Source: an uncultured Planctomycetaceae bacterium
GTDB taxonomy: Bacteria > Planctomycetota > Planctomycetia > Isosphaerales > Isosphaeraceae
Assembly: GCA_963833985.1 (NCBI GenBank)
Contig: CAWIAD010000001.1
Span: 1,408,001-1,472,000, forward strand
Reading direction: 5' to 3'
DNA: 64,000 nucleotides
The translations under genes were made by a program, and so were the position numbers. Every line of letters starts with the position of its first letter. Within the stretch, counting starts at the first letter, position 1. This document shows, one piece after another, positions 49,713 through 59,868 of the stretch. Under the pieces are notes generated by a model. It saw only the letters and a program-made list of their open reading frames with translations, did not search any database and had not been told where the DNA came from.

Positions 49713-50287
49713 TGCATCGTGTGGGACTGAGCCGATGGCTGCTGTTCTGGGCCATCGCCCTGGGTGGCGCAGCGTTTGATCTTGGCACCAAGTCGCTCAT
49801 CTTCGCCAGAATTGGCGAGCCGTCCTCGGCTGCTCCGGTCTCCGTGGTCCGAGGCATTCTGGAGCTGCAATCCAGTTACAACCCCGGAGCCCTCTGGGGG
49901 TTTGGCCGTTCCCTTCCCTACAGCAGCCAGATCTTCGCCGGCCTGTCCATCGTCGCCGGCATCGCCATCTGCTACTGGCTTTTCGTCCGCGGCGCCGCGG
50001 CCAGCCTGGCACTGACCATCGCCCTGGGGCTGATCATGGCCGGAGCGATGGGGAACTGCTACGACCGCCTCGTCTACGGCCACGTTCGAGACTTCGTCCA
50101 CTTCCATGTGGATTCCGTCGGCTTCGACTGTGCCATCTTCAACTTCGCCGACAACATGCTCGTCCTGGGCGCCATCTTCCTGGTGCTCTTCGCACTTCGG
50201 CCCGAGGCTCCGGCCGTCACGGAGCAAGCCGGCCCTGCCTCCGCGCCGCTCGGCGTCGATTCCGTCGAGTCCATACGCCCGGCGTGA
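49709..50287 (+). CDS. lspA: Signal peptidase II
   Basis: DLGTK, NPGALWG, GAMGNCYDRL, VRDF, FNFAD. Confidence 0.95.
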   Translation: MMHRVGLSRWLLFWAIALGGAAFDLGTKSLIFARIGEPSSAAPVSVVRGILELQSSYNPGALWGFGRSLPYSSQIFAGLSIVAGIAICYWLFVRGAAASLALTIALGLIMAGAMGNCYDRLVYGHVRDFVHFHVDSVGFDCAIFNFADNMLVLGAIFLVLFALRPEAPAVTEQAGPASAPLGVDSVESIRPA

Positions 50288-50336
50288 TTCCACCCGGGCA
50301 GACGCCCCGCCCCCAGGCACTTCGTTACACCAGAAC

Positions 50337-50484
50337 CAGGACGGTTCTCTGACGGGTTGCAGGGATTTTCTGAGTTTGGAAAGTGGGGGACCGACATTCC
50401 TGTCTGCCAGGGCAGACATGCTCCGGCAGGCAGGAATGCCTGCCCCCCGGTGTCAGTCTGCGATCCGAGTGAAAACCGCTCTAG
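50337..50484. repeat. MITE/REP-like element A, copy 2
   Basis: Reverse-complement homologue of 19576-19721, between convergent lspA and glnA. Confidence 0.85.
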
Positions 50485-51893
50485 ACGTCATAGTAAAGTG
50501 AGAACTCGTAGGGGTGCGGGCGGACCCGCAGGGCCTCGATCTCGTAGGTCTGCTTGTACCAGATCCAGGTGTCGATCACGTCCGACGTGAAGACGTCGCC
50601 GCGCAGCAGGAAATCATGATCTGCGCTGAGGGCGTCCAGCGAGGCGTCGAGCGAATGCGGTGTGGTGGGTACCTTCTCCAGTTCCTCGGGCTCGAGGTCG
50701 TAGATGTCCTTGTCGAGCGGGTCGCCGGGGCGGATCTTGTTCTGGATGCCGTCGAGCATCGCCATGAGCATGGCCGAGAACAGCAGGTACGGGTTGGCCG
50801 CACCGTCGGGACAGCGGTACTCGATCCTGCGGCTGCGCGGGCTGGCGCTGCCGACGGGAATGCGGATGATGGCCGCTCGGTTGCGCCGGCTGTACGAGAT
50901 CTTGGTCGGGGCCTCGAAGCCCTCGACCAGCCGCTTGTAGCTGTTCGTGGTGGGGTTTGCGAACGCGCAGAGGGCATGCGCGTGCTTGAGCAGGCCGCCG
51001 ATGGCGTGCAATCCGTTGTCGCTCATGCCGCCGTAGCTATGGCCGGCCAGGAGCGGATCATCGCCCTTCCAGAGCGTCAGATGCGTATGCAGCCCCGAAC
51101 CGTTGTCGCCCCAGAGCGGCTTGGGCATGAATGTGGCCGTCTTGCCGCTGTTCCGCGCCACGTTGCGAATGATGTACCGCGCCATCATCACCTGATCGGC
51201 GCTTTCCACCAGGTCTTGCGGATTGAGGTCAATCTCGCACTGGCCGCCGGTGGCGACCTCGTGAAAATGGGCGCTGGTCTTGATGCCGCAATCGGCCATG
51301 CAGCGCGCCATCTCGGAGCGCAGATTCGCCAGGCTATCCGTGGGAGGGCAGGGGAAGTAGCCCAGCCCTGAGCCCGGCTTGTAGCCGAGGTTGGGACGCT
51401 CGACCCGTCCGCGGTTCCAGGCCCCCTCCGCGGAGTCGACATGATAGAAGGCCTCGTGCTCGCGCTGATCGAATCGGACGTCGTCGAAGACGAAGAATTC
51501 GAGCTCGGGCGCCAGCAAGCAACGCTCCGCCAGACCCGTGCTCCGCATGTAGCTGACGGCCTTGCGAGCGATGTTCCTGGGGTCCCTGGTATAGTCCTGA
51601 TGGGTGATCGGGTCATGGATATTGCAGATCATCGTCAGGGTGGGCAGGGCCGTGAACGGGTCCACCAGCGCGGTCTCCGGCTGCGGAACCACCAGCAGGT
51701 CCGCCTCGTTGATCGCACGCCAGCCCACCACGCTCGATCCGTCGAACGCGATGCCTTCCTCGAAGGTCTCCTCGGTCAGGGTGTCGGCCGGGATCGAGAA
51801 GTGTTGCCAGACCCCGGGAAAGTCCATGAACCGGAAGTCCACGGTGGAGACGTCGCGCTGGCGGATCTGGGCCAGTACTTCTTTGGGAGTCAC
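50481..51893 (-). CDS. glnA: Glutamine synthetase type I
   Basis: FDGSS, HEVATGGQCEI, TFMPKP, NGSGLH, NSYKRL, DKDIYDL adenylylation site; RBS AAGGAG before GTG. Confidence 0.98.
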   Translation of the reverse strand: MTPKEVLAQIRQRDVSTVDFRFMDFPGVWQHFSIPADTLTEETFEEGIAFDGSSVVGWRAINEADLLVVPQPETALVDPFTALPTLTMICNIHDPITHQDYTRDPRNIARKAVSYMRSTGLAERCLLAPELEFFVFDDVRFDQREHEAFYHVDSAEGAWNRGRVERPNLGYKPGSGLGYFPCPPTDSLANLRSEMARCMADCGIKTSAHFHEVATGGQCEIDLNPQDLVESADQVMMARYIIRNVARNSGKTATFMPKPLWGDNGSGLHTHLTLWKGDDPLLAGHSYGGMSDNGLHAIGGLLKHAHALCAFANPTTNSYKRLVEGFEAPTKISYSRRNRAAIIRIPVGSASPRSRRIEYRCPDGAANPYLLFSAMLMAMLDGIQNKIRPGDPLDKDIYDLEPEELEKVPTTPHSLDASLDALSADHDFLLRGDVFTSDVIDTWIWYKQTYEIEALRVRPHPYEFSLYYDV

Positions 51894-52063
51894 GCGGGAT
51901 CGCTCCTTGGAATGGCCGTCGAAATGGAACTCGGGCAGGGCCGGATTTCCGCCGGACCGGGTAGCCATGGTGCGCTCAAGCGGCAGCCTCGCCTGATTCG
52001 CGAAGAAGTCCTGGCCGTTCCGTAAGCTTACTACGATTGCCGAATTCGGTCGAGGCGTTGAGA

Positions 52064-52457
52064 ATGGAAAGGCACAGAGACGAGGGCCGGTTCGTGGTGC
52101 TCGAGCACACCTGGAAGGGAACTCACTGGGACTTCATGCTCGAGAGCGGTCAGGCACTGCGGACCTGGGCGATCGATGCGCCGATCGTGCCGGGGATGGA
52201 GCTGCCGGCCCGGTCCCTGCCTGATCACCGGCTCATCTACCTGACGTACCAGGGGCCGATCTCACGCGGGCGCGGAACGGTCAAGCGCGTTGCCGAGGGC
52301 GTCTACCTGCGCGCTGCGGTGGAGCGAGCAGCGGGTTCTCGTGCGGCTCGCCGGCGCTCAGCTCGTGGGCGAGGTGGACCTGTACCGGTCGCCCGAGGGG
52401 ACCGTCTCGAACGACGGGTCTTCCATGTGGACGTTTCGCCTTGGGAAGGTGGATTGA
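52064..52457 (+). CDS. LigD N-terminal 3'-phosphoesterase domain protein, frameshift near 52310
   Basis: RFVVLEH...HWDFMLE...LRTWA...DHRLIYLTYQGPISRGRGTV; the second frame gives WSEQRVLVRLAG. Confidence 0.8.
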
Positions 52458-53164
52458 AGCACCTTGCGCGAGGGCAGCCTGGGGAGATAGAAGGCGCCCT
52501 TGGTTCGATCGGACCGGCCCGCCAGGCGGATCTGACCGGTGCGGATGTCCATCTCCTGCAACTGGACGTCGTCGCGCGTGAGATTCGGCGTGTAGCGCAG
52601 GACCACCACCGGATAGCCGTCACGCCGCCACCACTGAACGTCCACGCCATGATGGCGGGCGTGATCGATGATCCGGTCCAGGACGTTGTCGGCCGGCACC
52701 GGAAGAATCCCCGCGCGGATCTTCTCCAGGGTCAGCTCGACGGTATTGCCCTGTGGGACGCGGGGCCGCGCAACGACCGAAATGACCGACTGGATGCCTC
52801 CCTTGTCGAGCTGGAAGGCCAGAATCACGCGGTTGGTCTCGAAGAGCACCCGCGGGTCGTGCACTTCTGGAGGCAACTGGTCCGCGAAGTGGGTGACCAG
52901 GTCCTGAGCAAGCCAGGCGTTGACCTCCTGATCGGAAAAAACAGCCTCCCATGTGGGCTCGTTGCAAATGTCGTTGCGCAGTTGCAAGCTCTGCGCCACG
53001 AAATGCTTCGCCTTCAGCTCGCGCTGGTCCCGGGGAAGGCTGATGATCGACCGATAATAGGCGGGCTGGTAGGTCAGGGACAGCCAGATGACCGACGGAA
53101 TGGAAACGCCGACGCAGAAAAGCATGCCGATCCGGATAAGCCGCCTGGTGAGCGTTTTGAACAT
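52358..53164 (-). CDS. Membrane-anchored conserved hypothetical protein
   Basis: N-terminal TM segment; WEAVFSDQEVNAWLA, IRAGILPVP. Confidence 0.8.
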   Translation of the reverse strand: MFKTLTRRLIRIGMLFCVGVSIPSVIWLSLTYQPAYYRSIISLPRDQRELKAKHFVAQSLQLRNDICNEPTWEAVFSDQEVNAWLAQDLVTHFADQLPPEVHDPRVLFETNRVILAFQLDKGGIQSVISVVARPRVPQGNTVELTLEKIRAGILPVPADNVLDRIIDHARHHGVDVQWWRRDGYPVVVLRYTPNLTRDDVQLQEMDIRTGQIRLAGRSDRTKGAFYLPRLPSRKVLQSTFPRRNVHMEDPSFETVPSGDRYRSTSPTS

Positions 53165-53687
53165 CGAAGAACCCATCTACCTGGAAGGGACAGAGTGATG
53201 GGAAACGACCCGCACACGGCTGAATGAAAACGGTATGCCGAACGGGAGGGTTTTGACGTGGACGCGTGGTCGTACCAGGCGCAGCATACGGATGCCCGGA
53301 AAAGCGGTCAACCCGGAGTTCGATGCCTGGGACCCGCAGACCCGCATTGCATCCGCGAGATCCATGCGACGCACGGGTGCTGGTAAAGCGGCACTCCGCG
53401 CCGGTAAGCATCAGAGGGGGCGCCGGCAACTCCACTTGGTGAGCCCTTGTATCGCCTGCTAAACTGGATGGATCGATCAGTCAGGCCGCGCCGGGGGTCT
53501 CGACGACTGTGCGTTCCCGGCCAATCACCGGCTGGTCGATTGATCGAGAAGGTCTGGAAGCCACGGAGCCGGGCAGGCGTGCTTTCGCTGTCCCGGTCCG
53601 TCTCTCACTCGGAAATAACTGGAACCTCGTTGCAAGCTCTCTGAAGACTCCCGCCTGTTTGCATGCCCAATCTGGGAGGACGGACCT

Positions 53688-55649
53688 TTGTTCGCTGGAC
53701 CGATCATCGCTCGGGAACTGGTAACGACCCCTCGCCCCTGGCGTTACTACCTGTCGCGCGCCTCCTTTTCGTGTCTTTTGTTCATCCTCCTCTGGACGGC
53801 CTGGCAGCTCATCATCGGCTGGCAAGACGTGCGTGAAGTCGGCGTGCTGGCGCGGTTCGGCAGCGTGCTGTACGTGGCCTTCGCGCTGCTCCAGCTCACC
53901 CTCATGCTCTTCTTCGCGCCGCTGTTCACGGCGGCGGCCGTGTCTTACGAGAAGGACAGGCGTACCTTCAACCTGCTGCTCATGACGAGCCTGAGCGACA
54001 CCGAGATCGTCGTCGGCAAGCTCGTCGCCGGGCTGCTGAACATCCTCATCATCCTGGGAGCCAGCGTGGGCCTCCTGTCCATCTGCGCGCTGCTGGGCGG
54101 CATCTCGTTCGGCCAGGTCGTCAACCTGTTCGCCGTGACCGCCGCCTCGGGCATGGCGGGAGGGGCGATGGGCCTGCTCATCGCCCTCTGGCGCGATCGC
54201 ACGTTCCAGTCGATCTCGCTGACCATCCTCATGGTGGTCTTCTCGGTGGTGGGTGTGGAGCTCTTCTCGGTGAACTTTCCGACCCTTGAATTCATGGGGG
54301 TGCCGGTCAAGGAAGTCCTCAACCCCTACCGCGCCATGATCGCGCTCCTGTATCCGCGCGCTGACCAGGTCACGGGCGTAGTGCGCGCGTCGAGCCTGGT
54401 GTACGTCGGTGTCCGCCTCACCTTCGCCACGCTCATCGTCGCCTTCGCCACCCGGATGCTGCGAGTCTGGAACCCCGGAGGAAACGAGCCCCGGGAGACG
54501 GCCGAGGAGACGGAGATCGAGACCGTCGAGACGCTCGTCGAGGTCGAGGAGAACGCCGCCTACGCCGAGCTGCCGGCCACGGTGGGTGCTGCCGGTGGGC
54601 GAGAACCGGAGGTTGGGCGGCACGCGCGATCTCTGGGCGGTTCAGGCCGTGAGTTCGATGGGGTATCTGGCGATGGCGCGGACGCCGCCGGCGCACTCGA
54701 CGGATCCGCGGGCTCCACCACGGGTCTGCATGTACCCCGGCGGACCCATCGCCGCGTGGCCCCGGCCGCAAGATCTTATCGCCGTCCCTGGGCCAATCCC
54801 ATCCTCTGGCGCGAGCTGATGACCCGCGCCTACGGCACCAAGCCGCTGATCATCAAGGGCTGCTACGTCCTGCTGTTCGCTCTGGGAGCGGGCTTCTTCA
54901 TTAACCTCGCTCATGGCATGGAGAACCCCCTGGGCACCTCCCTCTGCCTGATTCCCTCGGGACTGGCCATTCTCAGCCTGTTGCTCGTCAATGCCCAGGG
55001 GGTGACCGCGCTCACCAGCGAACGCGATACCGGTGCACTCGACCTGCTGCTGGTGACCGAGCTCTCCCCGGGGGACTTCATCTACGGCAAGCTCTACGGG
55101 ATTCTCTACAACGCCAAGGAGATGGTCCTGCTCCCGGCCATCGCCGCAGTCTACCTGTGGTGGTCCGGCTGGCTCACGGGCGAGAACGCGGTCTTCTTCC
55201 TGGTCGATTACCTGCTGATGTGCCACTTTTCCGCGATGCTCGGCCTGCACTCGGCAATCACCTACACCAGCAGCCGCTCCGCGGTCGCCAACAGTCTGGG
55301 CACGATGTTCTTCCTGATGGTGGGCATCCTGCTCTGCGCCTATCTGATCATCCTCAGCGATCGCGAGTTCGGACGCCAGCTCCTGAGCTTCATGATCTTC
55401 ATCGGCGCCGGCAGCGTGGCCCTCTTCGGCTCACTCGGCGCCAAGAACCCTTCGCGGGCCATCGCGCTGGTCTCGCTGCTCACGCCATTCTGGACCTTTT
55501 ACTGCATCATCAGCCTGATCCATGCCGATTTCCTGGCTGCCTTTCTCTTCAGCATGGGAGTCTACGGTTTCGCACTGCTGGCGATGCTGGTTCCCGCCGT
55601 CGGTGATTTCGATATCGCGCTGGGCCGTACCAACGCCATCCAGGGGTGA
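53688..55649 (+). CDS. ABC transporter permease (duplicated permease domains)
   Basis: EKDRRTFNLLLMT...IVVGKL and ERDTGALDLLLVT...FIYGKL. Confidence 0.9.
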   Translation: MFAGPIIARELVTTPRPWRYYLSRASFSCLLFILLWTAWQLIIGWQDVREVGVLARFGSVLYVAFALLQLTLMLFFAPLFTAAAVSYEKDRRTFNLLLMTSLSDTEIVVGKLVAGLLNILIILGASVGLLSICALLGGISFGQVVNLFAVTAASGMAGGAMGLLIALWRDRTFQSISLTILMVVFSVVGVELFSVNFPTLEFMGVPVKEVLNPYRAMIALLYPRADQVTGVVRASSLVYVGVRLTFATLIVAFATRMLRVWNPGGNEPRETAEETEIETVETLVEVEENAAYAELPATVGAAGGREPEVGRHARSLGGSGREFDGVSGDGADAAGALDGSAGSTTGLHVPRRTHRRVAPAARSYRRPWANPILWRELMTRAYGTKPLIIKGCYVLLFALGAGFFINLAHGMENPLGTSLCLIPSGLAILSLLLVNAQGVTALTSERDTGALDLLLVTELSPGDFIYGKLYGILYNAKEMVLLPAIAAVYLWWSGWLTGENAVFFLVDYLLMCHFSAMLGLHSAITYTSSRSAVANSLGTMFFLMVGILLCAYLIILSDREFGRQLLSFMIFIGAGSVALFGSLGAKNPSRAIALVSLLTPFWTFYCIISLIHADFLAAFLFSMGVYGFALLAMLVPAVGDFDIALGRTNAIQG

Positions 55650-55682
55650 GTGCGATCTCCAGGGCGGACCATCAGGACGATA

Positions 55683-55872
55683 CCGTTGAATTGGCGTTAA
55701 CGGACAAGGGGGCGAGAGGTGTCGACAAACTTGTTCCCACGCTCTGCGTGGGAACACCGGTCGGGACGCTCAGCGTCCCATGGATTTCCCAGCCGCAGCA
55801 CGGGCCCAATCGACGCAGAGCGTCGCAGACGGCATTCCCACGCGGGAGCGTGGGAACGAGGGACATACCTAT
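55683..55872. repeat. REP-doublet element B, copy 2
   Basis: Reverse-complement homologue of 21306-21523. Confidence 0.85.
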
Positions 55873-56074
55873 ACGCCAGGCGCACGAGAAGCGGGGCAAG
55901 GGCGACCGCGGAGGCACCGTCAGCCCCTGGTGCTGGGGCAATCACCAGGGCGACAAACGGGCGGCCTGAAACGAAAACGCCGGACATGAATGTCCGGCGC
56001 TTCGATGAGCTGCTTGATCGGGGACCTGAATCGGCCCCCTTGAAAATCACCCTGTCATCTCCGCGGCAACGGGC

Positions 56075-58141
56075 TCACGGGTTCACGACGTCCGATTTCA
56101 CCGGGTTGGCAGCAAGGACCTTGGAGCCGAGCGTGAGGTAGTCGCCAATGATGCGGACGACCTCGTCGTTGTAATAGTCCGACGACCAGACTTCACGCTC
56201 GATGAACTTCTTCTTTTTCAGGTCCTTCTTGGCCTTCTCCTCCTCGGCATGCAGCGGGTCGTCGTCCTCGGGGGCATATTCAGACTTGAACTTGGCCTCG
56301 TTCAGAGCGATCGAGTGGCGAGCCTTGCGATCGAGGAATTGCTTGATGCGTTCGTCGAGCTTCTGGAACTTGGGATCGCCCTTGCGGCGCTGGTCTGACC
56401 GCTCCTTGAGCAGGGTGACCAGCTCGGGCGAGACCTTGTGGTAATTGTCGTGGGGCAGCTCGGCCACCTTGTCGAACTTCAGTGCGTTGTCCATTTTCCC
56501 CTCACCCAGGTCGAAGTTCTCGCGGATGGAGGGAAGGTGAACGTGCGGGGTGACGCCGTGAATCTGGGTGCTCTCGCCGTTGGCGCGGTAGAACTGCTGG
56601 ATGGTGAGCTTGAGGGCCCCGTGATTCTTGCGATCGCGCCGCCGGGTGTGGTCGCCAATCTGGACGATGCTCTGCACGGTTCCCTTGCCGAAGGTGCTGC
56701 TGTCACCGATGATCAGGCCGCGGCCATAGTCCTTGATCACGCCGGCGAAGATCTCCGAAGCACTGGCGCTGAGCTTGTTGATGAGCACCACCAGGGGGCC
56801 GTCCCAGGCTGTCCCCTGGTCGTCGTCGGCGAGCGGGCGGATACCGAACACTTCCTTCACCTGCACCACCGGCCCCGTATCGATGAACAGGCCGGAGAGC
56901 GTCTTGGCTTCCTCGAGCAGCCCGCCGCCGTTGTCGCGCAGGTCAACCACCACCGCATCAGCACCCGCGGCCTTGAACTCGCCCAGGATCTTGCGGCAGT
57001 CGGCCGTGGCGCTCACGGCGTTCGGGTCGCCGCGAAGGATGGCCATCGTGTCACCATAAAAGGCCGGCAAGCTGATGACGCCGATCTTCAGTTCCTTGCC
57101 GTTGATCTTCGTCTCGAGCATCTTCCCCTTGGCGTGCTGCTCCTTGAGCTCGATGCGCTCGCGCGTCAGCTCGTAGACCTTGCGGTCCTTGGTGCCGGAC
57201 GGCTGCACGATGATGCGGACCTTCGTGCCGCGGGGCCCGCGGATGTAGCGGACCACGTCGCTGAGCTTCTTCTCGATGAGGTCGACTTCCTCGCCGTTGG
57301 GCTGCTGGATGCCCACGATCTTGTCTTCCGGCTGGAGCCGGCCGTCCTTGTCGGCAGCCATTCCGGGCACCACCTCGGCGACCACGGCATAGCCATCCTC
57401 GGATCGCAGCGAGGCGCCGATGCCCTCCAGCGAGAGGTGAAGCTGCTGGTTGAGCATGTCCTCCAGGTTCTTCGCGCTCAGGTACGACGAGTGCGGATCG
57501 AAGGTGCGGGTCAGGCTCGAGAGATAGACCTCCAGCAGCTCGCTTGAATCGAACTGGTGGAACATCCGGTTGCGGTCCTTGTAACGCACGGAGAGTTTGC
57601 GAAGCGCCTCGGCCTCGTCCGTCTTGTCGACCCGTAATTGCAGCAGGTCGAGCTTGATCTTCTTGCGCCACCGCTCGTCGGCCTCTTTCTTGTCGACCGG
57701 GTAGTCGATCTTGTCCGGGTCGTCGGTGAGGTACTCATCCGCCGTGAAGTCGAACTTCTGCTTCAGCAGCTCTTGCACCGTCTTGTAGCGCTCGTCGTTG
57801 CGCTGGAGGAATCGCTCGAAGACGCGGCGGGCGAAGTCGATGTTCCCCTCACGGATCTGGTCGTCGAGGTTCTTGGCCTCTTTCTTGAATTCCTCGATGT
57901 CGGCCTTCAGAAAGTAAAACTTCTGAGGGTCGAGGTCCTTCAGGAAATTGTTGCACCACTTCACGGCGATTTCGTCGTCGATGATCGGCCGCGCCATGTG
58001 CCCTTGCTCGAGCAGGTTCACCACGGTCTTGGCCGTCTCCTGGTCTTCATTGGTCGGCATCGGGGCTTGCGCCGCCACCACGGCCGCCATGAGGGCCAGC
58101 ACGGCAATCAGCGTCAGTGGACGAAATGCTAACCGTGGCAT
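56075..58141 (-). CDS. Carboxy-terminal processing protease (S41, Prc/Tsp-like)
   Basis: DPHSSY, EGIGA (PDZ), DLRDNGGG, SASASEI, FGKGTVQ. Confidence 0.96.
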   Translation of the reverse strand: MPRLAFRPLTLIAVLALMAAVVAAQAPMPTNEDQETAKTVVNLLEQGHMARPIIDDEIAVKWCNNFLKDLDPQKFYFLKADIEEFKKEAKNLDDQIREGNIDFARRVFERFLQRNDERYKTVQELLKQKFDFTADEYLTDDPDKIDYPVDKKEADERWRKKIKLDLLQLRVDKTDEAEALRKLSVRYKDRNRMFHQFDSSELLEVYLSSLTRTFDPHSSYLSAKNLEDMLNQQLHLSLEGIGASLRSEDGYAVVAEVVPGMAADKDGRLQPEDKIVGIQQPNGEEVDLIEKKLSDVVRYIRGPRGTKVRIIVQPSGTKDRKVYELTRERIELKEQHAKGKMLETKINGKELKIGVISLPAFYGDTMAILRGDPNAVSATADCRKILGEFKAAGADAVVVDLRDNGGGLLEEAKTLSGLFIDTGPVVQVKEVFGIRPLADDDQGTAWDGPLVVLINKLSASASEIFAGVIKDYGRGLIIGDSSTFGKGTVQSIVQIGDHTRRRDRKNHGALKLTIQQFYRANGESTQIHGVTPHVHLPSIRENFDLGEGKMDNALKFDKVAELPHDNYHKVSPELVTLLKERSDQRRKGDPKFQKLDERIKQFLDRKARHSIALNEAKFKSEYAPEDDDPLHAEEEKAKKDLKKKKFIEREVWSSDYYNDEVVRIIGDYLTLGSKVLAANPVKSDVVNP

Positions 58142-58429
58142 GTGGTTCTGTTCCTGAAATGAAGGGCGAATGGTCCAGACGACCAAACTTGTCCGCTGAG
58201 TTGATCTTAGCCGTGAACCGATTGCTGGACAAGGCCGTCCGGCAAGGCACGGATGTTGAAAACGACGCCAGTCGGCCATGATAGGCCGATGCCCCGGATC
58301 GCTACCGGCCGCCCGGCCCTCCTTCTCTTCGTATCTGGGGGCCCCGAAGTTCTCGGTTTCTTCAGAAAAGCGTCGGGCGCCGCCGCGCAGGCTCGTGAAA
58401 AGCCATCTTCCACCGCCTCAGAACCGCGC

Positions 58430-59128
58430 TCACATCATGCCGCCCGGGCTGGCCATGGAACCGAACCACTCACGGTTCATGCCACCCATGCCCATCATGC
58501 CGCCGCCGAACCCGTCTCGGGAGTTCGGAATCCCTTGCCGCAGCTCGAGCAGCTTGTACGCAAGTTCATCGACCTCGGTCCGGGTTTGCTCCACCTCGAT
58601 CCGCAGCCGCTGTGCCAGTTTCTTGAGCTCGGCACGCGGAGCCAGCCGCCGGAGCTGCTCCTTCTCCTGCGCGGTAGGCTCCTTGGGCAGGGCGCTGCCG
58701 AGCCCGTAAAAGAGGTCGTGCTGCCACGTGAGCTGCGTCATCCTGGGGCGCTGCTCGGGTTGCTTTTTCTCCTGGTCGGCCGGCCATTCCCTGACGACGG
58801 GCTCTGCGCTGTAGACGCCTTTTGCGGCCAGGTCGGCACGCATCTCCGCAATCGCCGCTTCCATCTCGAACCGCAGGTCGATGAGTTCGTGGAGTTCGCT
58901 CCGCAGGCGCTCCACCTCGCCCCGTGACTGCTCGATTTCCTTTTCCATGCGGGCTGTGTAATTGTGGAGCAGGGCATCTGCCTTCTGTGCCGCCGGCCCG
59001 GTCGGCTTGACGGCTTGAGAGTCGCGCGCTGGATGCCCCTGCACGGCGCCAGCCTGCCCCAGGGCACCGGGACCATGGCTCAGGCATATTCCGAGCGTGA
59101 ACGCGACGAGTAGGCTGCACCGCGGCAT
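58430..59128 (-). CDS. Secreted coiled-coil hypothetical protein
   Basis: Signal-peptide-like N-terminus, heptad-rich body, GM-rich tail; RBS CAGGA. Confidence 0.7.
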   Translation of the reverse strand: MPRCSLLVAFTLGICLSHGPGALGQAGAVQGHPARDSQAVKPTGPAAQKADALLHNYTARMEKEIEQSRGEVERLRSELHELIDLRFEMEAAIAEMRADLAAKGVYSAEPVVREWPADQEKKQPEQRPRMTQLTWQHDLFYGLGSALPKEPTAQEKEQLRRLAPRAELKKLAQRLRIEVEQTRTEVDELAYKLLELRQGIPNSRDGFGGGMMGMGGMNREWFGSMASPGGMM

Positions 59129-59261
59129 GATCCTGTCTCCGTCTTGGGGGCGACGTTCGGCGAGAGGACGCTGGAGAACCTAAATCTGGAAATCGAAAAA
59201 AGTCAGGGCCGGGGCACCGCGCGGAGACGTCATGCGCGGAGGCCAAACCCACTGGTGCCGG

Positions 59262-59522
59262 TCACATGCCGAGTCGAAACCGTGCACGCCGGAGCTCGGC
59301 TTCCTCTGAGCGGAGCACCGCCTGCGAGACGTAGCCTTTCTGGAACAGGCGGCGCGCCCATTGCACGCGCTGCGAGGCACGCTGAACGTTGTCCCAGCGA
59401 CCCTTGAGCACGTAGCCCCAGGCCATGAGCGCCGAGAGTGCCACCAGCGCCAGGAGTGTTCCCAGCCGGAACCTGAACCGTTGACGCCAGCGGGAGCCCG
59501 TCCTGGACGCGGCCATCGGCAT
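59262..59522 (-). CDS. Small single-TM hypothetical protein
   Basis: RFRFRLGTLLALVAL N-terminus typical of Planctomycetes; RBS GGAGG. Confidence 0.6.
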   Translation of the reverse strand: MPMAASRTGSRWRQRFRFRLGTLLALVALSALMAWGYVLKGRWDNVQRASQRVQWARRLFQKGYVSQAVLRSEEAELRRARFRLGM

Positions 59523-59868
59523 TTGCCTCCGAAGGGTCTCGTTTCATTGAACCACAGCCCGCTCCCTGCTGCAATCCGCAGAGCCGCTAGAGGCCGGTTG
59601 TTTGATGCGTCAGTCACGTCGTTCCCAGGAGGACCACGGGTGCTCGAGATTCGGCAATTGGCTCCAACCTGAAGCCTGACGGAGGACGAAACCTAGTTCC
59701 AGAGTTCGCTGATCCCGCGCACGGACGAATCGACGCGGAAGGGCGGGTCGGGCGACGTCTGCTGGTGGTATAAATGTCTGTCGACGTTTCAACCGTGTCA
59801 TGGGTTGGGAGCCCAGGCCGGCTCTCCCACGCACGCGGAGAGACCGTGGGCCCTTCGGCCGCAGGGAG

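Noticed and set aside
52037..53227. 396-aa LigD-like fusion protein
   Set aside because: Beyond ~52310 the ORF is the antisense shadow of 52358..53164; the length is a frameshift artefact.
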